Assembly (NCBI RefSeq): GCF_044704955.1 | Contig: NC_091984.1 | Span: forward strand, 147,498,001 to 147,562,000 | Origin: Pristiophorus japonicus | Lineage: Eukaryota | Direction of reading: 5' to 3' | Length of the DNA: 64,000 bases | Part shown: positions 49,172 to 63,595 of the stretch, one piece after another | Layout: each line of letters starts with the position of its first letter | How positions within the stretch are numbered: position 1 is the stretch's first letter | The notes under the pieces: generated by a model | Database searches by the model: none | What the model was told of the DNA's origin: nothing | What the model saw: the letters and a program-made list of their open reading frames with translations, nothing else | Translations under genes and position numbers: made by a program

Positions 49172-50738
49172 ATGGGCGATTAATGGTCGATAAATGGGTG
49201 ATCAATGGGCAATCAATGGTCGATCAATGAGCGATAACTGGGCGATCAATGGGCGATTAATGGTCAATAAATGAGCGATCAATGGGCAATCAATGGTCGA
49301 TCAATGAGCGATAACTGGGCGATCAATGGGTGATAACTGGGCAATCAATGGTCGATCAATGAACGATAACTGGGCGATCAATGGGTGATAACTGGACGAT
49401 CAATTGGCGATAACTGGGCGATCAATGGGTGATAACTGGGCGATCAATGGGCGATCAATGGGCGATAACTGGGCGATCAATGGTCGATAACTGGGCGATC
49501 AATGGGCGATAACTGGGCGATCAATGGGTGATAACTGGACGATCAATGGGCGATAACTGGGCGATCAATGGTCGATCAATGTGCGATCAATGGGCGATCA
49601 ATGGGCGACAAATGGACGATCAATGGGTGATAACTGGGCGATCAATGGGTGATCAATGGGTGATCAATGGGCGATAACTGGGCGATCAATGGGCGATCAA
49701 TGGGCGATCAATGGGTGATCAATGGGTGATCAATGGGCGATAACTGGGCGATCAATGGGCGATCAATGGGCGACAAATGGACGATCAATGGGTGATAACT
49801 GGGCGATCAATGGGTGATAACTGGGCGATCAATGGGCGATCAATGGGCGACAAATGGACGATCAATGGGTGATAACTGGGCGATCAATGGTCGATCAATG
49901 GCCGATCAATGGGCGATAACTGGGCGATCAATGGGCAATCAATGGGCGACAAATGGACGATCAATGGGTGATAACTGGGCGATCAATGGGTGATAACTGG
50001 GCGATCAATGGGCGATAACTGGGCGATCAATGGGCGATCAATGGGCGACAAATGGACGATCAATGGGTGATAACTGGGCGATCAATGGGTGATAACTGGG
50101 CGATCAATGGGTGATCAATGGGCGACAAATGGGCGATCAATGGGCGATAACTGGGCGATCAATGGGTGATAACTGGGCGATCAGTGGGTGATAACTGGGC
50201 GATCAATGGGCGATAACTGGGTGATCAATGGGCGATAACTGGACGATCAATGGTCGATCAATGGTCGATCAATGGGCGATCAATGGGCGAACAATGGGCG
50301 ACAAATGGACGATCAATGGGCGATCAATGGGCGATCAATGGGCGATCAATGGGTGATCAATGAGCGATCAATGGGCGATCAATGGGCGAACAATGGGCGA
50401 CAAATGGACGATCAATGGGCGATCAATGGGCGATCAATGGGCGATCAATGGGTGATCAATGAGCGATAACTGGGCGATCAATGGTCGATCAATGGGCGAT
50501 CAATGGGCGATCAATGGGTGATCAATGGGCGATCAATGGGCGATCAATGGGCGATCAATGGGCAATCAATGGGTGATCAATGAGCGATAACTGGGCGATC
50601 AATGGTCGATCAATGGGCGATCAATGGGCGATCAATGGGTGATCAATTGGCGATCAATGGGCGACAAATGGGCGATCAGTGGGCAATAAATGAGCGATAA
50701 ATGAGCGATAACTGGGGATCAATGGGCGATCAATGGGC
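49172..50738. repeat. 11-bp satellite (GGGCGATCAAT / GGGCGATAACT), about 140 units
   Basis: Seen directly, with recurring higher-order blocks. Confidence 0.97.
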
Positions 50739-51139
50739 CATGATGTGCTGAACATCTAGCCCGTAGAGTCTTTAACATAGTAAAACATCCCAAGGTGCTT
50801 CACAGGGATGTTATAAGACAAAAAAATATGAAGTTATGGCAGGTGACAAAAAGCTTGCTCAAAGCGGGAGATTTTAAGGCATGTTTTAAAGGAGGAGGAG
50901 AGAGATAGTGAGGTGGAGAGGTTTAAGGAGGGAGTTCTAGAGCTTGGGGCCGAAGCAGCTGGAGGCACATTGATCAAGAACCCCACAGATTCCTCGATAC
51001 TGCACCATTCTGTAATCTCTCTCCATTTAAAGAATTTGCTTTTAATTTTTCCTACCAAAGTGGATAACCTCACATTTTCCCACAATATACTTCATCTGCC
51101 AAATTTTTGCCCACTCACTTAGCCTATTTACAAAACAAC

Positions 51140-54100
51140 AAAAGAAATAGGAGCAGGAGTAGGCCATACGGCCCCTCGAGCCTGCTCCGCCATTTAATAA
51201 GATCATGGCTGATCCGATCATGGACTCAGGTCCAATTCCCTGCCCGCTTCACATAACCCCTTTGTTGTGCATGAATAAGGAGTCTGACTGGATATTGTGA
51301 GCTCAAAGTAAAGTGCGACCGTAGTCTTTTATTGCAGGTCTCCAGAGTGTCTCTGCAGCCTGTGAGGCCTCCTTAAGTACCTGTGCTCCCAAGGGATTGT
51401 GTGAAGAGCTCTCTGGTGGTTACACAAGGTATATACAGGTTTACATATATAACACTCTTATTCCCTTATCGGTTACATAACTGTCTATCTCTTTCTTAAA
51501 TTTATTCAATGACCAGCATCCACAGTTCTCTGAGGCAGTAAATTCCGCAGATTTACAACCCTCAGAGAAGAAATTCCTCCTCATCTCAGTTTTAAATGGG
51601 CGACCCCTTATTCTAAAATTATGCCCCCTAATTCTAGTCTCCCTTATCAGTGGAAACATCCTCTCTGTATCCACCTTGTCAAGCCCCCTCATAATCTTAT
51701 ACGTGTTGATAAGATCACCTCTCATTCTTCTGAATTCCAATGAGTAGAGGTACAACCTACACAACCTTTCCTCATAAGTCAACCCCTTCATCTCTGGAAT
51801 CAACCTCGTGAACCTTCTCTGATCTGCTTCCAAAGCAAGTATATCCTTTCTTAAATATGGAAACAAAAACTGCATGCAGTATTCCAGGTGTGGTCTCACC
51901 AATACCCTGTATAACTGTAGCAAGACTGCCCTGCTTTTATAATCTATCCCCTTTGCAATAAAGGCCAAGATTCCATTGGCCTTCCTGATCACTTGCTGTT
52001 CCTGCATACGAACCTTTTGTGTTGCATGCACCAGGAACCTCAGGTCCTGCTGTACTGCAGCACTTTGCAATTGTTCTCCATTTAAATAGTAACATGCTCT
52101 TCGATTTTTTTCTGCCAAAGTGCATGACCTCACACTGTCTAACATTATACTCCATCTGCGAAATGTTTGCCCACTCACATAGCCTGTCTATGTCCTTTTG
52201 CAGGTTTTTTGTGTCCTCCTCATACATTGCTTTTCCTCCTATCTTTGTATCATTAGCAAACTTGGCTACATTACACTCAGTTCCTTCTTCCAAGTCGCTA
52301 ATATAGATTGTAAATAGTTGGGGTCCCAGCACTGATCCCTGCGGCACCCCACTAGTTACTGATTGCCAACCTGTGAATGAACCATTTATCCCAACTCTCT
52401 GCTTTCTGTTAGTTAGCCAATCCTATATCCATGCTAATATATTACCTCCAACCCCGTGAAATTTTATCTTGTGCATTAACCTTTTATGTGGCACCTTGTC
52501 AAATGCCTTCTGGAAGTCCAAATACACAACATCCACTGGTTCCCCTTTATCCACCCTGTTTGTTGCATTCTCAAAGAATTCCAGCAAATGTGTCAAACAT
52601 GACTTTCCCTTCATAAATCCATGCTGACTCTGCTTGACTGAATTATGCTTTTCCAAATGTCCTGCTACTGCTTCTTTAACAATGGACTCCAACATTTTCC
52701 CAACCATAGATGTCAGGCTAACTGGTCTATAGTTTCCTGCTTTTTGTCTGCCTCCTTTTTTAAATAGGGGCGGTACATTTGCAGTTTTCCAATCTGCTGG
52801 GACCTCCCCAGAATCCAGGGAATTTAGGTAAATTACGACCAATGCATCCACTAACCTTGTTGCTACTGCTCTGAAGACCCTAGGATGCAAGCCATCAGGT
52901 CCAGGGGATTTATCCGCATTTAGTCCCATTATCTTACTGAGTACCACCTCCTTAGTGATTGTGATTGTGTTAAGTTCGTCCCAACCATCCAATATCCACT
53001 GTTGGGATATTATTCGTGTCCACTACCGTAAAGACTGACACAAATCAGAGTTTCTGCCATCTCCATGTTCCCCATCATTAATTCCCCGGTCTCTTCCTCT
53101 CAGGGACCAACATTTATTTTAGCCACTATTTTCTTTTTTTCTATATGTATAGAAACTCTTGCTATCTGTTTTTATATTTCGTGCTAGTTTACTTTCAGAG
53201 ACTATGTTCACTTTCTTAATCATTTTTTTAGTCATTCTTTGTTGGCTTTTAAAAGCTTCCCAATCTTCTGTCCTCCCACTAGTTTTGGTCACCTTGTATG
53301 TCCTTGTTTTTAATTGGATACCATCCTTTATTTCTTTAGTTAGCTATGGATGGCTATCTTTTTTTTCACCCTTTACAATCACTGGAAAATATTTTTCTTG
53401 AGAGTTATTAAATATCTCCTTAAATGTACGTCACTGTTCATCAACTGTTCTAAACTTTAATCTATTTTCCCAGTCCACTTTAGCCAACTCTGCCCTCATA
53501 CCTTTGTAGTCTCCTTTATTTAAGCTTTGTACGCTGGCTTGAGATTCAACTTTCTTGCCCTCCATCCGAATTTGAAATTCAACCATGCTATGATCACTCA
53601 GTCCAAGGGGATCCTTTACTAGGAGATTGTTTATTAATACTGTCTCATTATACAGGACCAGATCTAAGAAGCCTACCCCCTGGTTGGTTCCTTTACATAC
53701 TGCTCAAGGAACCCGTTCCTTATGCACTCTACGAACTCCTCTTCAAGTCTATCCTGACCATTTTGATTTGTTCAATCAATGTGGAGGTTAAAATCACGCA
53801 TAATTATTGCTATTCCCTTTGTACAAACCCCCACTATTTCTTGGTTTATACTCCGACCATCAGAGTTGCTACTGTTAGGGGGCCTATAGACTACGCCCAC
53901 CAGTGACTTTTCCCCCTTATTATTCCTTATCTCCACATAAACTGTTTAAACATCCTGATCATTTGAGCCAATATCATTTCTCACTATTGCAGTGATTCCA
54001 TCCTTTACCAACAGAGGTACCCCACCTACTTTTCCTTTCTGTCTGTCCTTTTGAATTGTCAATTACCCCTGAATATTTAGTTCCAAGTTTTGGTCACCTT

Positions 54101-56455
54101 GCAACCACGTCGCTGTTGTGGCTATCAGATCATACCCATTTGCAACTAATTCTGCCGACAGCTCATCTGTTTTGTTATGAATGCTGTGTGTTTCAGATAA
54201 AGAGCTTTTAAACGTGTTTTCATACTATTTTCTCCTGCTATGGTCCCAGTTTCTGATACACTCTTTTGTTTCTATATTCTGTCCCTTCCTGTCATGCACT
54301 GGTTTTTGTTTCTCCCAATGCTACCCTGCTCTATTGCCTTGTTCTTTGAGCTTTTAGGTTTCTGCTCACCTGAACCCTCCCCGCTATCTGTAGCCCTTTG
54401 CAGATTCTTTGCATCCTCCTCAACAAATTGCTTTCCCACCTATCTTTGTATCATCAGCAAATTTTGCTACATTACACTCAGTCCCTTCATTCAAGTCATG
54501 AATAAAGATTGTAAATAGTTGAGGCCCCAGCACCGATCCCTGTGGCAGCCCACTAGTTACGGTTTTCCAACCTGAAAAAGGCCCGTTTATCCCGATTCTC
54601 AGTTATCAGTTCGTTAGCCAATCTTCTATCCATGCTAATATATCACCCCCAACCCCGTGTGTTCTTATCTTGTGCAGTAATCTTTTATGTGGCACGTTAT
54701 CGAATGCCTTCTGGAAGTCCAAATACACGACATCTACTGGTTCCCCTTTATCCATCCTGCTCGTTACATCCTCAAAGAACACCAGCAAATGTGTCAAACA
54801 TGATTTACCTTTCATAAAACCATGCTGACTCTGATTGACTGTATTATGATTTTCTAAATGTCCTGCTATTACTTCCTTAATAATGGACTCCAGCATTTTC
54901 CCCAATGACAGATGTTACGCTAACTGGTCTATAGTTTCCTGCTTTCTGTCTCCCTCCTTTCTTAAATAGGGGCGTTACATTTGCCATTTTCTCATCCGCT
55001 GGGACCTCTCCAGAATCCAGGGAATTTTAGTAGATTACAACCAATGCATCCACTATCTCTGCAGTTACTTCTTTAAAGACCCTAGGATGCCATCAGGTCA
55101 AGGGGACTTGTCCATCTTTAGTCCCATTAGTTTGCCGAGTACTTTTTCTCCAGTGATAGTGATTGTTTTTAAGAACATATGAACATAAGAAATAGGAGCA
55201 GGATTAGTCCATTTGGCCCCTCGAGCCTGCTCCACCATTTAATAAGATCATGGCTGATCTGATCATGGACGCTCCCCATAACCTTTTATTCCCTTATCGC
55301 TCAAAAATCTGTCTATCTCCACCTTAAATATATTCAATGACCCAGCCTCCACAGCTCTCTGCTGCAGAGAATTCCACAGATTTACAACTCTCTGAGAGAA
55401 GAAATTTCTCCACATCTCAGTTTCAAATGGGCAGCTCCTTTTTCTAAGACTATGTCCCCTAGTTTTAGTTTCCCCTATGAGTGAAAATATCTTCTCTGCA
55501 TCCACCTTGTCGAGTCCCCGCATTATTTTATATGTTTCAATAAGAATCCTCTCATTCTTCTGAACTCCAATGAGTATAGGCCCAACCTAGTCAACCTATC
55601 TTCATCTCAAACCCCTCATCTCCGGAATCAACCTAGTGAACCTTCTCTGAAATGCCTGCAATGCAAGTATGTCCTTCCTTAAATACGGAGACCAAAACTG
55701 CATGCAGTATTCTAGGTGTGGTCTCACAGTTGTAGAAGAACTTCTCTGCTTTTATACTCTATCCCCCTTGCAATGATTTGCCTTCCTGATTAAGTTCGCC
55801 CCTCTCAAAAGCCCCTTGATTATCAATTATTCGGATGTTTCTAGTGTTTTCTACCATGAAGACCAAGACATAATATTTGTTCAAAGTTTCTGCTATTTTT
55901 CTGTTCTCCATTATTAATTCCTCAGTCTCATCCTCTAAAGGACCAACGTTTACTTTAACTACTCTCTTCCTTTTTATATACCTGTGTAAGTTCTTATTGT
56001 CTGTTTTTATATTTCTTGCTAGTTTACTCTCATAAACTGTCTTCTCTTTATTATTTTTTTTTGTTGTCCTTTGCTGGTTTCAAAAAATTTCCCAATCCTC
56101 TGGCTTTCCATTATTCTTCGCAACATTGCATGCTTTTGTTTTTAATTTGATACCATCCTTTCCTTCCTGAGTTAGCCATGGATGGTTCATCCTTCTCTTC
56201 GATTCTTTCTTTCTCACTGGAATATATCTTTGCTGAGAGTTATGAAATATCTCCTTAAATATTTGCCAGTGCTTCTTTACTGTCTTACACTTTAATATAT
56301 TTTCCCAGTCCACTTTAGCCAACTCTGCCTTCATACCTTTGTAATTCCCTTTATTTAAGTTCAGGACCCTAGTTTGATTCCAAGGTTTCTCACCCTGAAA
56401 CTGAATTTGAAATTCTACCATGCTATGATCACTCTTCCCAAGAGGATCTTTTACT
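51140..56455 (-). mobile_element. Tandem and nested CR1 LINEs (about 51140-54350; 54385-56455 with a nested 3' end at about 55170-55790)
   Basis: Endonuclease, RT and 3' UTR motifs. Confidence 0.88.
51263..51454 (-). mobile_element. Short solo LTR (Gypsy-like, 192 bp) in a CR1 3' UTR
   Basis: TGTTG...TAACA termini; 5-bp TSD CCCTT/CTCTT; AATAAA on the minus strand near 51328. Confidence 0.75.
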
Positions 56456-56469
56456 TTGCCTTCTCCTCC

Positions 56470-58080
56470 TTCTTAAGCAGTCCTTCGGTGTCGCGGATGA
56501 CTTGCTTCCACAATAATATGTGTTCTTAGGTGACTGATGAGTCCAGTGTGGGACCAACAGTCTTTGTCACAAGTGGGGCAGATGGAGGTTAAAGGGATGG
56601 GTGGGTCGGGTGCTTGGGTTGTCATGCACTCCTTCTGCTGTTAGCGCTTGGCTTCCGTTTGCTCCCAGCAAAGAAACTCAAGGTGTTCGGTGCCTTCCCG
56701 AATGTCTCCTCCACTTTGAGCAGTCTTGGGACAGAAATTTCCAAATGTCGGTGGGGATGTTACACTATTTCAAGGAGGCTTTGAGGGTGTCCTTGAAGCG
56801 TATTGTCTGCTCACCTGCGGTTTTCTTGCCATGTTGGAGATCTGAGTAGAGTGCTTGTTTTGGGCGTCTAGTGTCAGGCATGCGGACGATGTGGCCCAAC
56901 CATCGGAGCTGATTGAGCGTGGACAGTGCTTCAATGCTGGGGATGTTGACCTGAGTGAAAACACTAATGTCGATGAGCCTATCCTGCCAATGGATTTGCA
57001 GGATCTTGCGGAGACGGCGTTGGTGGTACTTCTCCAGTGGTTTGAGGTGCCTGCTGTATATAGTCCATGTATCTGAAGCATATAGGAGAGCGGGATCACT
57101 ACTGCCCTGTAGACCATGAGCTTGGTTCCGGCTATGAGGTCCTGGTCTTCAAACATTCCCTTCCTCAGGCGACCGAAGGCTGCACTGGCACATTGAAGGC
57201 GGTGTTAGACTTCATCATCGTCGTTTGCCCTTGTTGACAGTAGGCTCCCGAGGTATGGAACATGGTCCACGTTGTCCAAAGCCTCGTCATGGATTTTGAT
57301 AATCGGGGAGCAGTACTGTATGGCGGGGGCAGGTTGGTAGAGGACCTTAATCTTACGGATGTTTAATGTAAGACCCATACTCTCGTACGCTTCAGTGAAG
57401 GTATTGATGGCTTGAAGTTCAACTATGATATAATTAATTAATCCAGTCTCATTACACAGTACCAGATCTAAAATAGCCTGATCCCTGATTGGTTCCATAA
57501 TGCATTGTTCTAAAAAATCATCCTGAATACACTCGATGAATTCTTCTTCAAGGCTACCTTTGCCAATTTGATTTGTCCAATCAATATGAAGATTGAAATC
57601 ACTAATGATTGTTGCTGTACCTTTCTTACAAGCCTCCATTAATTCTTGATTTATACTTGGTGCTACAGTGTAGCTACTGTTAGGGAGCCTATAGACTACT
57701 CCCACCAGTTACTTTTTCCCTTTAATTTTTTATCCCTACCCAAACTGATTCTACATCTTGATCTTCTGAGCCAATATCATTTCTCACTACTGCACTGATC
57801 TCATCCTTTATTAACCCCACCTCCTTTTCCTTTCTGCTTATCCTTCCGAAATGGCAAATAATCCTGAATATTCAGTTCCCAGCTTTGGTCACCTTGCAAC
57901 CACGTCTCTGTAATGGCTATCAGATGTATCCCCATGTATTTCTATTTGTGCTGTCAACTCATCTATTTTGTTATGCATGCTGCATGCATTCAGATAAAGA
58001 GCTTTTAATTTTGTCTTTTTACCATTTTCCCTACTCTGACCCAACTTTCTGATGCACTTATGTTTATATGCTCTGTCCCT
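56470..58080 (-). mobile_element. RTE LINE 3' part (about 56470-57420) adjoining a CR1 endonuclease fragment
   Basis: TKLMVYRAVVIP, MGLTLNIRKIKVLYQP, PYLGSLLS; ILDLVLCNE. Confidence 0.8.
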
Positions 58081-58174
58081 TCCTGTCAAGCTTTGGTTAT
58101 CATTCTCCCTTCAGGTATTTGTCCAATTCCCTTTTGGAGGCTACTATTGAATCCGTTTCCACCACCCGATCGGA

Positions 58175-58311
58175 CAATGTTCCCGTTAAGCTGCGTGGCC
58201 ATGGTCTGGTCTGGAGGTCCCGCCCAGGCTGCTTGCTGGCTTTTAAATGGAAAAACTGCGCATGCAAGATTATTTGGGCCACAACCCCGAAAAATGTAAG
58301 CTGGAACATTG
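58175..58311. mobile_element. Small MITE (hAT-like) in a CR1 fragment
   Basis: CAATGTTCC...GGAACATTG inverted ends; degenerate 8-bp flanks CGATCGGA/CTATCAGG. Confidence 0.5.
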
Positions 58312-58769
58312 CTATCAGGCAGTGCTTTCCAAATCCCAACCACTCGGTGCGTAAAAAAAGTTTTCCCTCATATCGCCTCTGGTTCTTTTGCCAGTCAACT
58401 TAAATCTGTGCCCTCTGGTTATCAACCCTTCCGCCATTGCAAACAGTTTCTCTTTATTTACTCCATCTAAGCCCTTCATGGTTTTAACCAATCTTCTCAT
58501 CGCCTTCTCTGCTCTCCGGAGAACAACCCCAACTTCTCCAGTCTATCCCCATAACTGTAATCCCTCATCCCTGGAACCATTATAGTAAATCTCTTCTGTA
58601 CCCTCTCCAATACCATCACTTCCTTCCTAAGGTGTGGTGCCCAGAATTGGACACAATACTCCAGCTGTGTCCATGTTCTCCTGACCCCTTTATCCCATCA
58701 GCTTCAATTTTGTTAACTTGCCTAATATGTGGTACTTTATCAAATGTTTGAAAGTCCAAAAACATATTA

Positions 58770-61700
58770 TAAGAACATAAGAAATAGGAGCAGGAGGAGG
58801 CCATACAGCCCCTCGAACCTGCTCCGCCATTTAATACGATCATGGCTGATCTGATCATGGATTTAGCTCCACTTCTCTGCCTGTTCTCCATAACCCCTTA
58901 TCCCCTTATCTTTTCAGAAACTGTCTATTTCTGTCTGAAATTTATTCAATGTCCCAGCTTCCACAGCTTTCTGAGGCAGTGAATTCCACAGATTTACAAC
59001 CTTCTGAGAGAAAAAATTTCTCCTCATCTCAGTTTAAAATGGGTGGCCCCTTATTCTAATTCGCTCTCTCGTTCTAGTCTCCCCCATGAGTGGAAACATG
59101 CTTTCTGCATCCACCTTGTCAAGCCCCCTCATAACCTTATACGTTTCGATAAGATCACCTCTCATTCTTTTGAATTTCAATGAGTAGAGGCCCAACCTAC
59201 TCAACCTTTCCTCATAAATCAACTTCCTCATCTCTGGAATCAATCTAGTGAACTTTCTCTGAACTGCCTCCAAAGCAAGTATGTCTTTTCGTAAAAATGG
59301 AAACCAAAACTGCACACAGTATTCCAGGCCTCACCAATACCCTGTAAAACTTTGGCAAGACTTCCCTGCTTTTGTACTCCATTGCCTTTGCCATAAAGGC
59401 CAAGATTCCATTGGCCTTCCTGATCACTTGCTGTACCTGCATACTATCCTTTTGTGTTTCATGCATAAGTACCCCCAGGTCTCGCTGTATTGCAGCACTT
59501 TGCAATCTTTCTCCATTGAAATAATAACTTGCTCTTTGATTTTTTTTCAGCCAAAGTGCATTATCTCACATTTTCCAACATTATACTCCATCTGCCAAAT
59601 TTTTGCCCACTCACATAGCCTGGCTATGTCCTTTTGCAGATTTTTTGTGTCCTCCTCACACATTGCTTTTCCTCCCATCTTTGTATTGTCAGAAAACTTG
59701 GCTATGTTACACTCAGTCCCTTCTTCCAAGTCGTTAATATAGATTGTAAATAGTTGGGGTCCCAGCACTGATCCCTGCGGCACCCCACTAGTTACTGATT
59801 GCCAATCCGAGAATGAACCATTTATCCCAACTCTCTGTTTTCTGTTAGTTAGCCAAGCCTCTAACCATGCAAATACATTACTTCCAACCCCGTGAAACAT
59901 AGAAACATAGAAACATAGAAAATAGGTGCAGGAGTAGGCCATTCGGCCCTTCGAGCCTGCACCGCCATTCAATAAGATCATGGCTGATCATTCCCTCAGT
60001 ACCCCTTTTCTTCTTTCTCTCCATCCCCCTTGATCCCCTTAGCCGTAAGGGCCATATCTAACTCCCTCTTGAATATATCCAATGAACTGGCATCAACAAC
60101 TCTCTGCGGCAGGGAATTCCATAGGTTAACAACTCTCTGAGTGACGAAGTTTCTTCTCATCTCAGACCTAAATGGCCTACCCCTGATCCTAAGACTATGT
60201 CCACTGATTCTAGACTTCCCCAACATCGGGAACATTCTTCCTGCATCTAACCTGTCCAGTCCCGTTAGAATCTTATATGTTTCTATGAGATACCCTCTCA
60301 TCCTTCTAAACTCCAGTGAATAAAGGCCCAGTTGATCCAGTCTCTCCTTATATGACAGTCCAGCCATCCTTGGAATCAGTCTGGTGAACCTTCGCTGCAC
60401 TCCCTCAATAGCAAGAACATCCCTCCTCAGATTAGGAGATCAAAACTGAACACATTGGGCCTAAGTTTCCACGTGATTTGCGCCTGATTTTTAGGAGCAA
60501 CTGGTGGAGAACGGACTATCTTAGAAATCGCAATTCTCCACATTTTATTTTCTGCAGTTCTAGTCAGGTAGAACAGTTCTACTTTGGAACAGAATTTTTT
60601 CTTCAAAAGGGGGTGTGTCCGGCCACTGACGCCTGATTTGAAAGTTTCCACAGTGAAAATGTACTCCAAATTAAAGTAGAATGGAGCCAGTGAAGATTTT
60701 TGTAGAACTGAAAAAACCTGTTCTACACATTAAAAAATCAGGCGGAGGTTACAAATTAGGCGTCCAGAATGAGGTGGGGGGGGGGGAGTGGGGGGGAAGG
60801 GAACTCATTAAATTCTACAATAAATCCTTATTTATACTTCTACAAATATTTTACAAATAAATCCAACCTGAATAAACATTTATAAGCCAAGAAGAGATTA
60901 AATAAACCATCTTCCTACCTGTGTGAAAGTGCTTCAGGGAGGCAGAATTCTGCAGCCGTTCNNNNNNNNNNNNNNNNNNNNNNNNNNNNNNNNNNNNNNN
61001 NNNNNNNNNNNNNNNNNNNNNNNNNNNNNNNNNNNNNNNNNNNNNNNNNNNNNNNNNNNNNNNNNNNNNNNNNNNNNNNNNNNNNNNNNNNNNNNNNNNN
61101 NNNNNNTCGGGTCTGGTCCGGAGGCGGGGGGCGGCGGGGAGCGGGTGTCGGGTCTTGTCGGGGGCGGGGGGAAGCAGGAGCTGGCCGTGGGAGGAGCCTT
61201 ATTCACGCAGCCCCAGTGAGGCCATTCAGCCAGGGCTAGGGGCTGCGAGCTTCGGGCCCCTCCCACACAGTTCGGCGCCTGGAGCTACTGCACTTGCGTG
61301 CCCACTGTAGCGCGCATGTGCAGAGGTCCCGGCACTGTTTTCAGCGCCGGGACCTGGCTCCGCTCCCCCACAGCTCGTGCTGACTGCGCCGAGGGCCAGA
61401 GGACCTGCAAGTAGGTGGAGAATACCGAGGATTTATTTAGGCGCCGTTTTAGGCGTGAAAAACGGGCTCTCAGCTCGGAGGGGCGCCCGTTTTTTTTCTT
61501 GTGGAAACTTGGGCCCAATATTTCATGTGTGGCCTCACTAAGGACCTGTACAACTGCAGTAAGACCTCCCTGCTCCTATACTCAAATCCCCTAGCTATGA
61601 ATGCCAACATACCATTTGCCTTCTTCACCGCCTGCTGTACCTGCATGCCCACTTTCAATGACTGATAAACCATGACACCCAGGTCTCGTTGCACCTCCCC

Positions 61701-62470
61701 TTTTCCTAATCTGACGCCATTCCGGTAATATTCTGCCTTCGTGATTTTGCCCCCAAAATGGATAACCTCACATTTATCCACATTATACTGCATCTGCCAT
61801 GCATTTGTCCACTTACCTAACCTGTCCAAGTCACCCTGCAGCCTCTTAACGTCTTCCTCACAGCTCACACAACCACCCAGCTTAGTGTCATCTGCAAACT
61901 TGGAGATATTACACTCAATTTCTTCATCTAAATCGTTAATGTATAGTGTAAAGAGTTGGGGTCCCAGCACTGAACCCTGCGGCACTCCACTAGTCACTGC
62001 CTGCCATTCTGAAAAGGACCCGTTTATCCCGACTCTCTGCTTCCTATCTGCCAACCAGATCTCTATCTCCGTCAGTACATTACCCCCAATACCATGCCTT
62101 TTGATTTTGCACACCAATCTCTTGTGCGGAACCTTGTCAATAGCCTTTTGAATGTCCAAATACACCACATCCACTGGTTCTCCCTTCTCCACTCTGCTCG
62201 TTACATCCGCAAAAAATTTCAGAAGATTTGTCAAGCTTGATTTCCCTTTCACAAATCCATGCTGACTTGGTCTGATCCTGTCATTGCTTTCCAACTGCTT
62301 TGCTATTTCATCCTTAATGATTGATTCCAAAATTTTCCCGACCACTGATGTCAGGCTAACCGGTCTATAATTACCCGTTTTCTCTCTCCCTCCTTTTGTA
62401 AAAAGTGGTGTTACATTAGCTACCCTCCAGTCCATAGGAATCTTGTGCAGTAACCTTTTATGTGGCAGCT
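58770..62470 (-). mobile_element. CR1 containing a second CR1 (about 59895-62440)
   Basis: Host ..accccgtg|tcttgtgcagtaacc resumes after the inner copy; the inner copy has an (aaacatag)n tail and a 321-aa RT ORF. Confidence 0.85.
60457..61516. mobile_element. Non-autonomous Harbinger-like DNA transposon (spans N gap 60962-61106)
   Basis: TIRs GGGCCTAAGTTTCCAC / GTGGAAACTTGGGCCC; 3-bp flanks ATT/AAT; host CR1 resumes. Confidence 0.8.
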
Positions 62471-62477
62471 CATGGGC

Positions 62478-63595
62478 TCACATTAAAGCACATGGTATTG
62501 GGGGTAATGTAATGACGTGGATACAGAACTGGTTGGCAGACAGGAAGCAGAGAGTCGGGATTAACGGGTCCTTTTCAGAATGGCAGGCAGTGACTAGTGG
62601 AGTGCCGCAGGGCTCAGTGCTGGGACCCCAGCTCTTTACAATATATATCAATGATTTAGATGATGGAATTGAGTGTAATATGTCCAAGTTTGCAATTGAC
62701 ACTAAACTGGGTGGCGGTATGTGCTGTGAGGAGATCGCTAAGAGTGATTTGGACAGGTTAGGCGAGTGGGCAAATACATGGCAGATGCAGTATAATGTGG
62801 ATAAATGTTAGGTTATCCATTTTGGGGGCAAAAGCACGAAGGCAGAATATTATCTGAATGGCGGCAGATTACGAAAAGGGGAGGTGCAGCGAGACCTGGG
62901 TGTCATGGTTCATCAGTCATTGACGGTTGGCATGCAGGTACAGCAGGCGGTGAAGAAGGCAAATGGTATGTTGGCCTTCATAGCTAGGGGATTTGAGTAT
63001 AAGAGCAGGGAAGTCTTACTGCAGTTGTGCAGGGCCTTGGTGAGGCCTCACCTGGAATATTGTGTTCAGTTTTGGTCTTCTAATCTGTGGAAGGACGTTC
63101 TTGCTATTGAGGGAGTGCAGCGAAGGTTCACCAGACTGATTCCAGGGATGGCTGAACTGACATATGAGGAGAGACTGGATCAACTGGACCTTTATACATT
63201 GGAGTATAGAAGGATGAGAGGGGATCTCATAGAAACATACAAGATTCTGACTGAACTGGACAGGTTAGATGCAGGAAGAATGTTTCCACTGTTGGGGAAG
63301 TCCAGATCCAGGGGACACAGTCTTAAGGGGCAGGCCATTTCGGACTGAGGTGAGGAGAAACTTCTTCACTCAGAGAGTTGTTAACCTGTGGAATTCCCTG
63401 CCACAGAGAGTTGTTGTTCATTGGATATGTTCAAGAGGGAGTTAGATATGGCCCTTGCAGCTAAAGGGATCAAGGGGTATGGAGAGAAAGCAGGAAAGGG
63501 GTACTGAAAAAATGATCAGCCATGTTCTTATTGAATGGTGGTGCAGGCTCGAAGGGCCTATTCCTGCACCTATTTTCAATGTTTCTATGTTTCTA
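62478..63595 (+). mobile_element. CR1 LINE 3' fragment
   Basis: RT motifs and tail. Confidence 0.9.

Noticed and set aside
49172-50738. CRISPR-like array or repeat-protein ORF (50272-50469)
   Set aside because: Contiguous tandem units with no unique spacers in eukaryotic DNA; the ORF is a by-product of the repeat.
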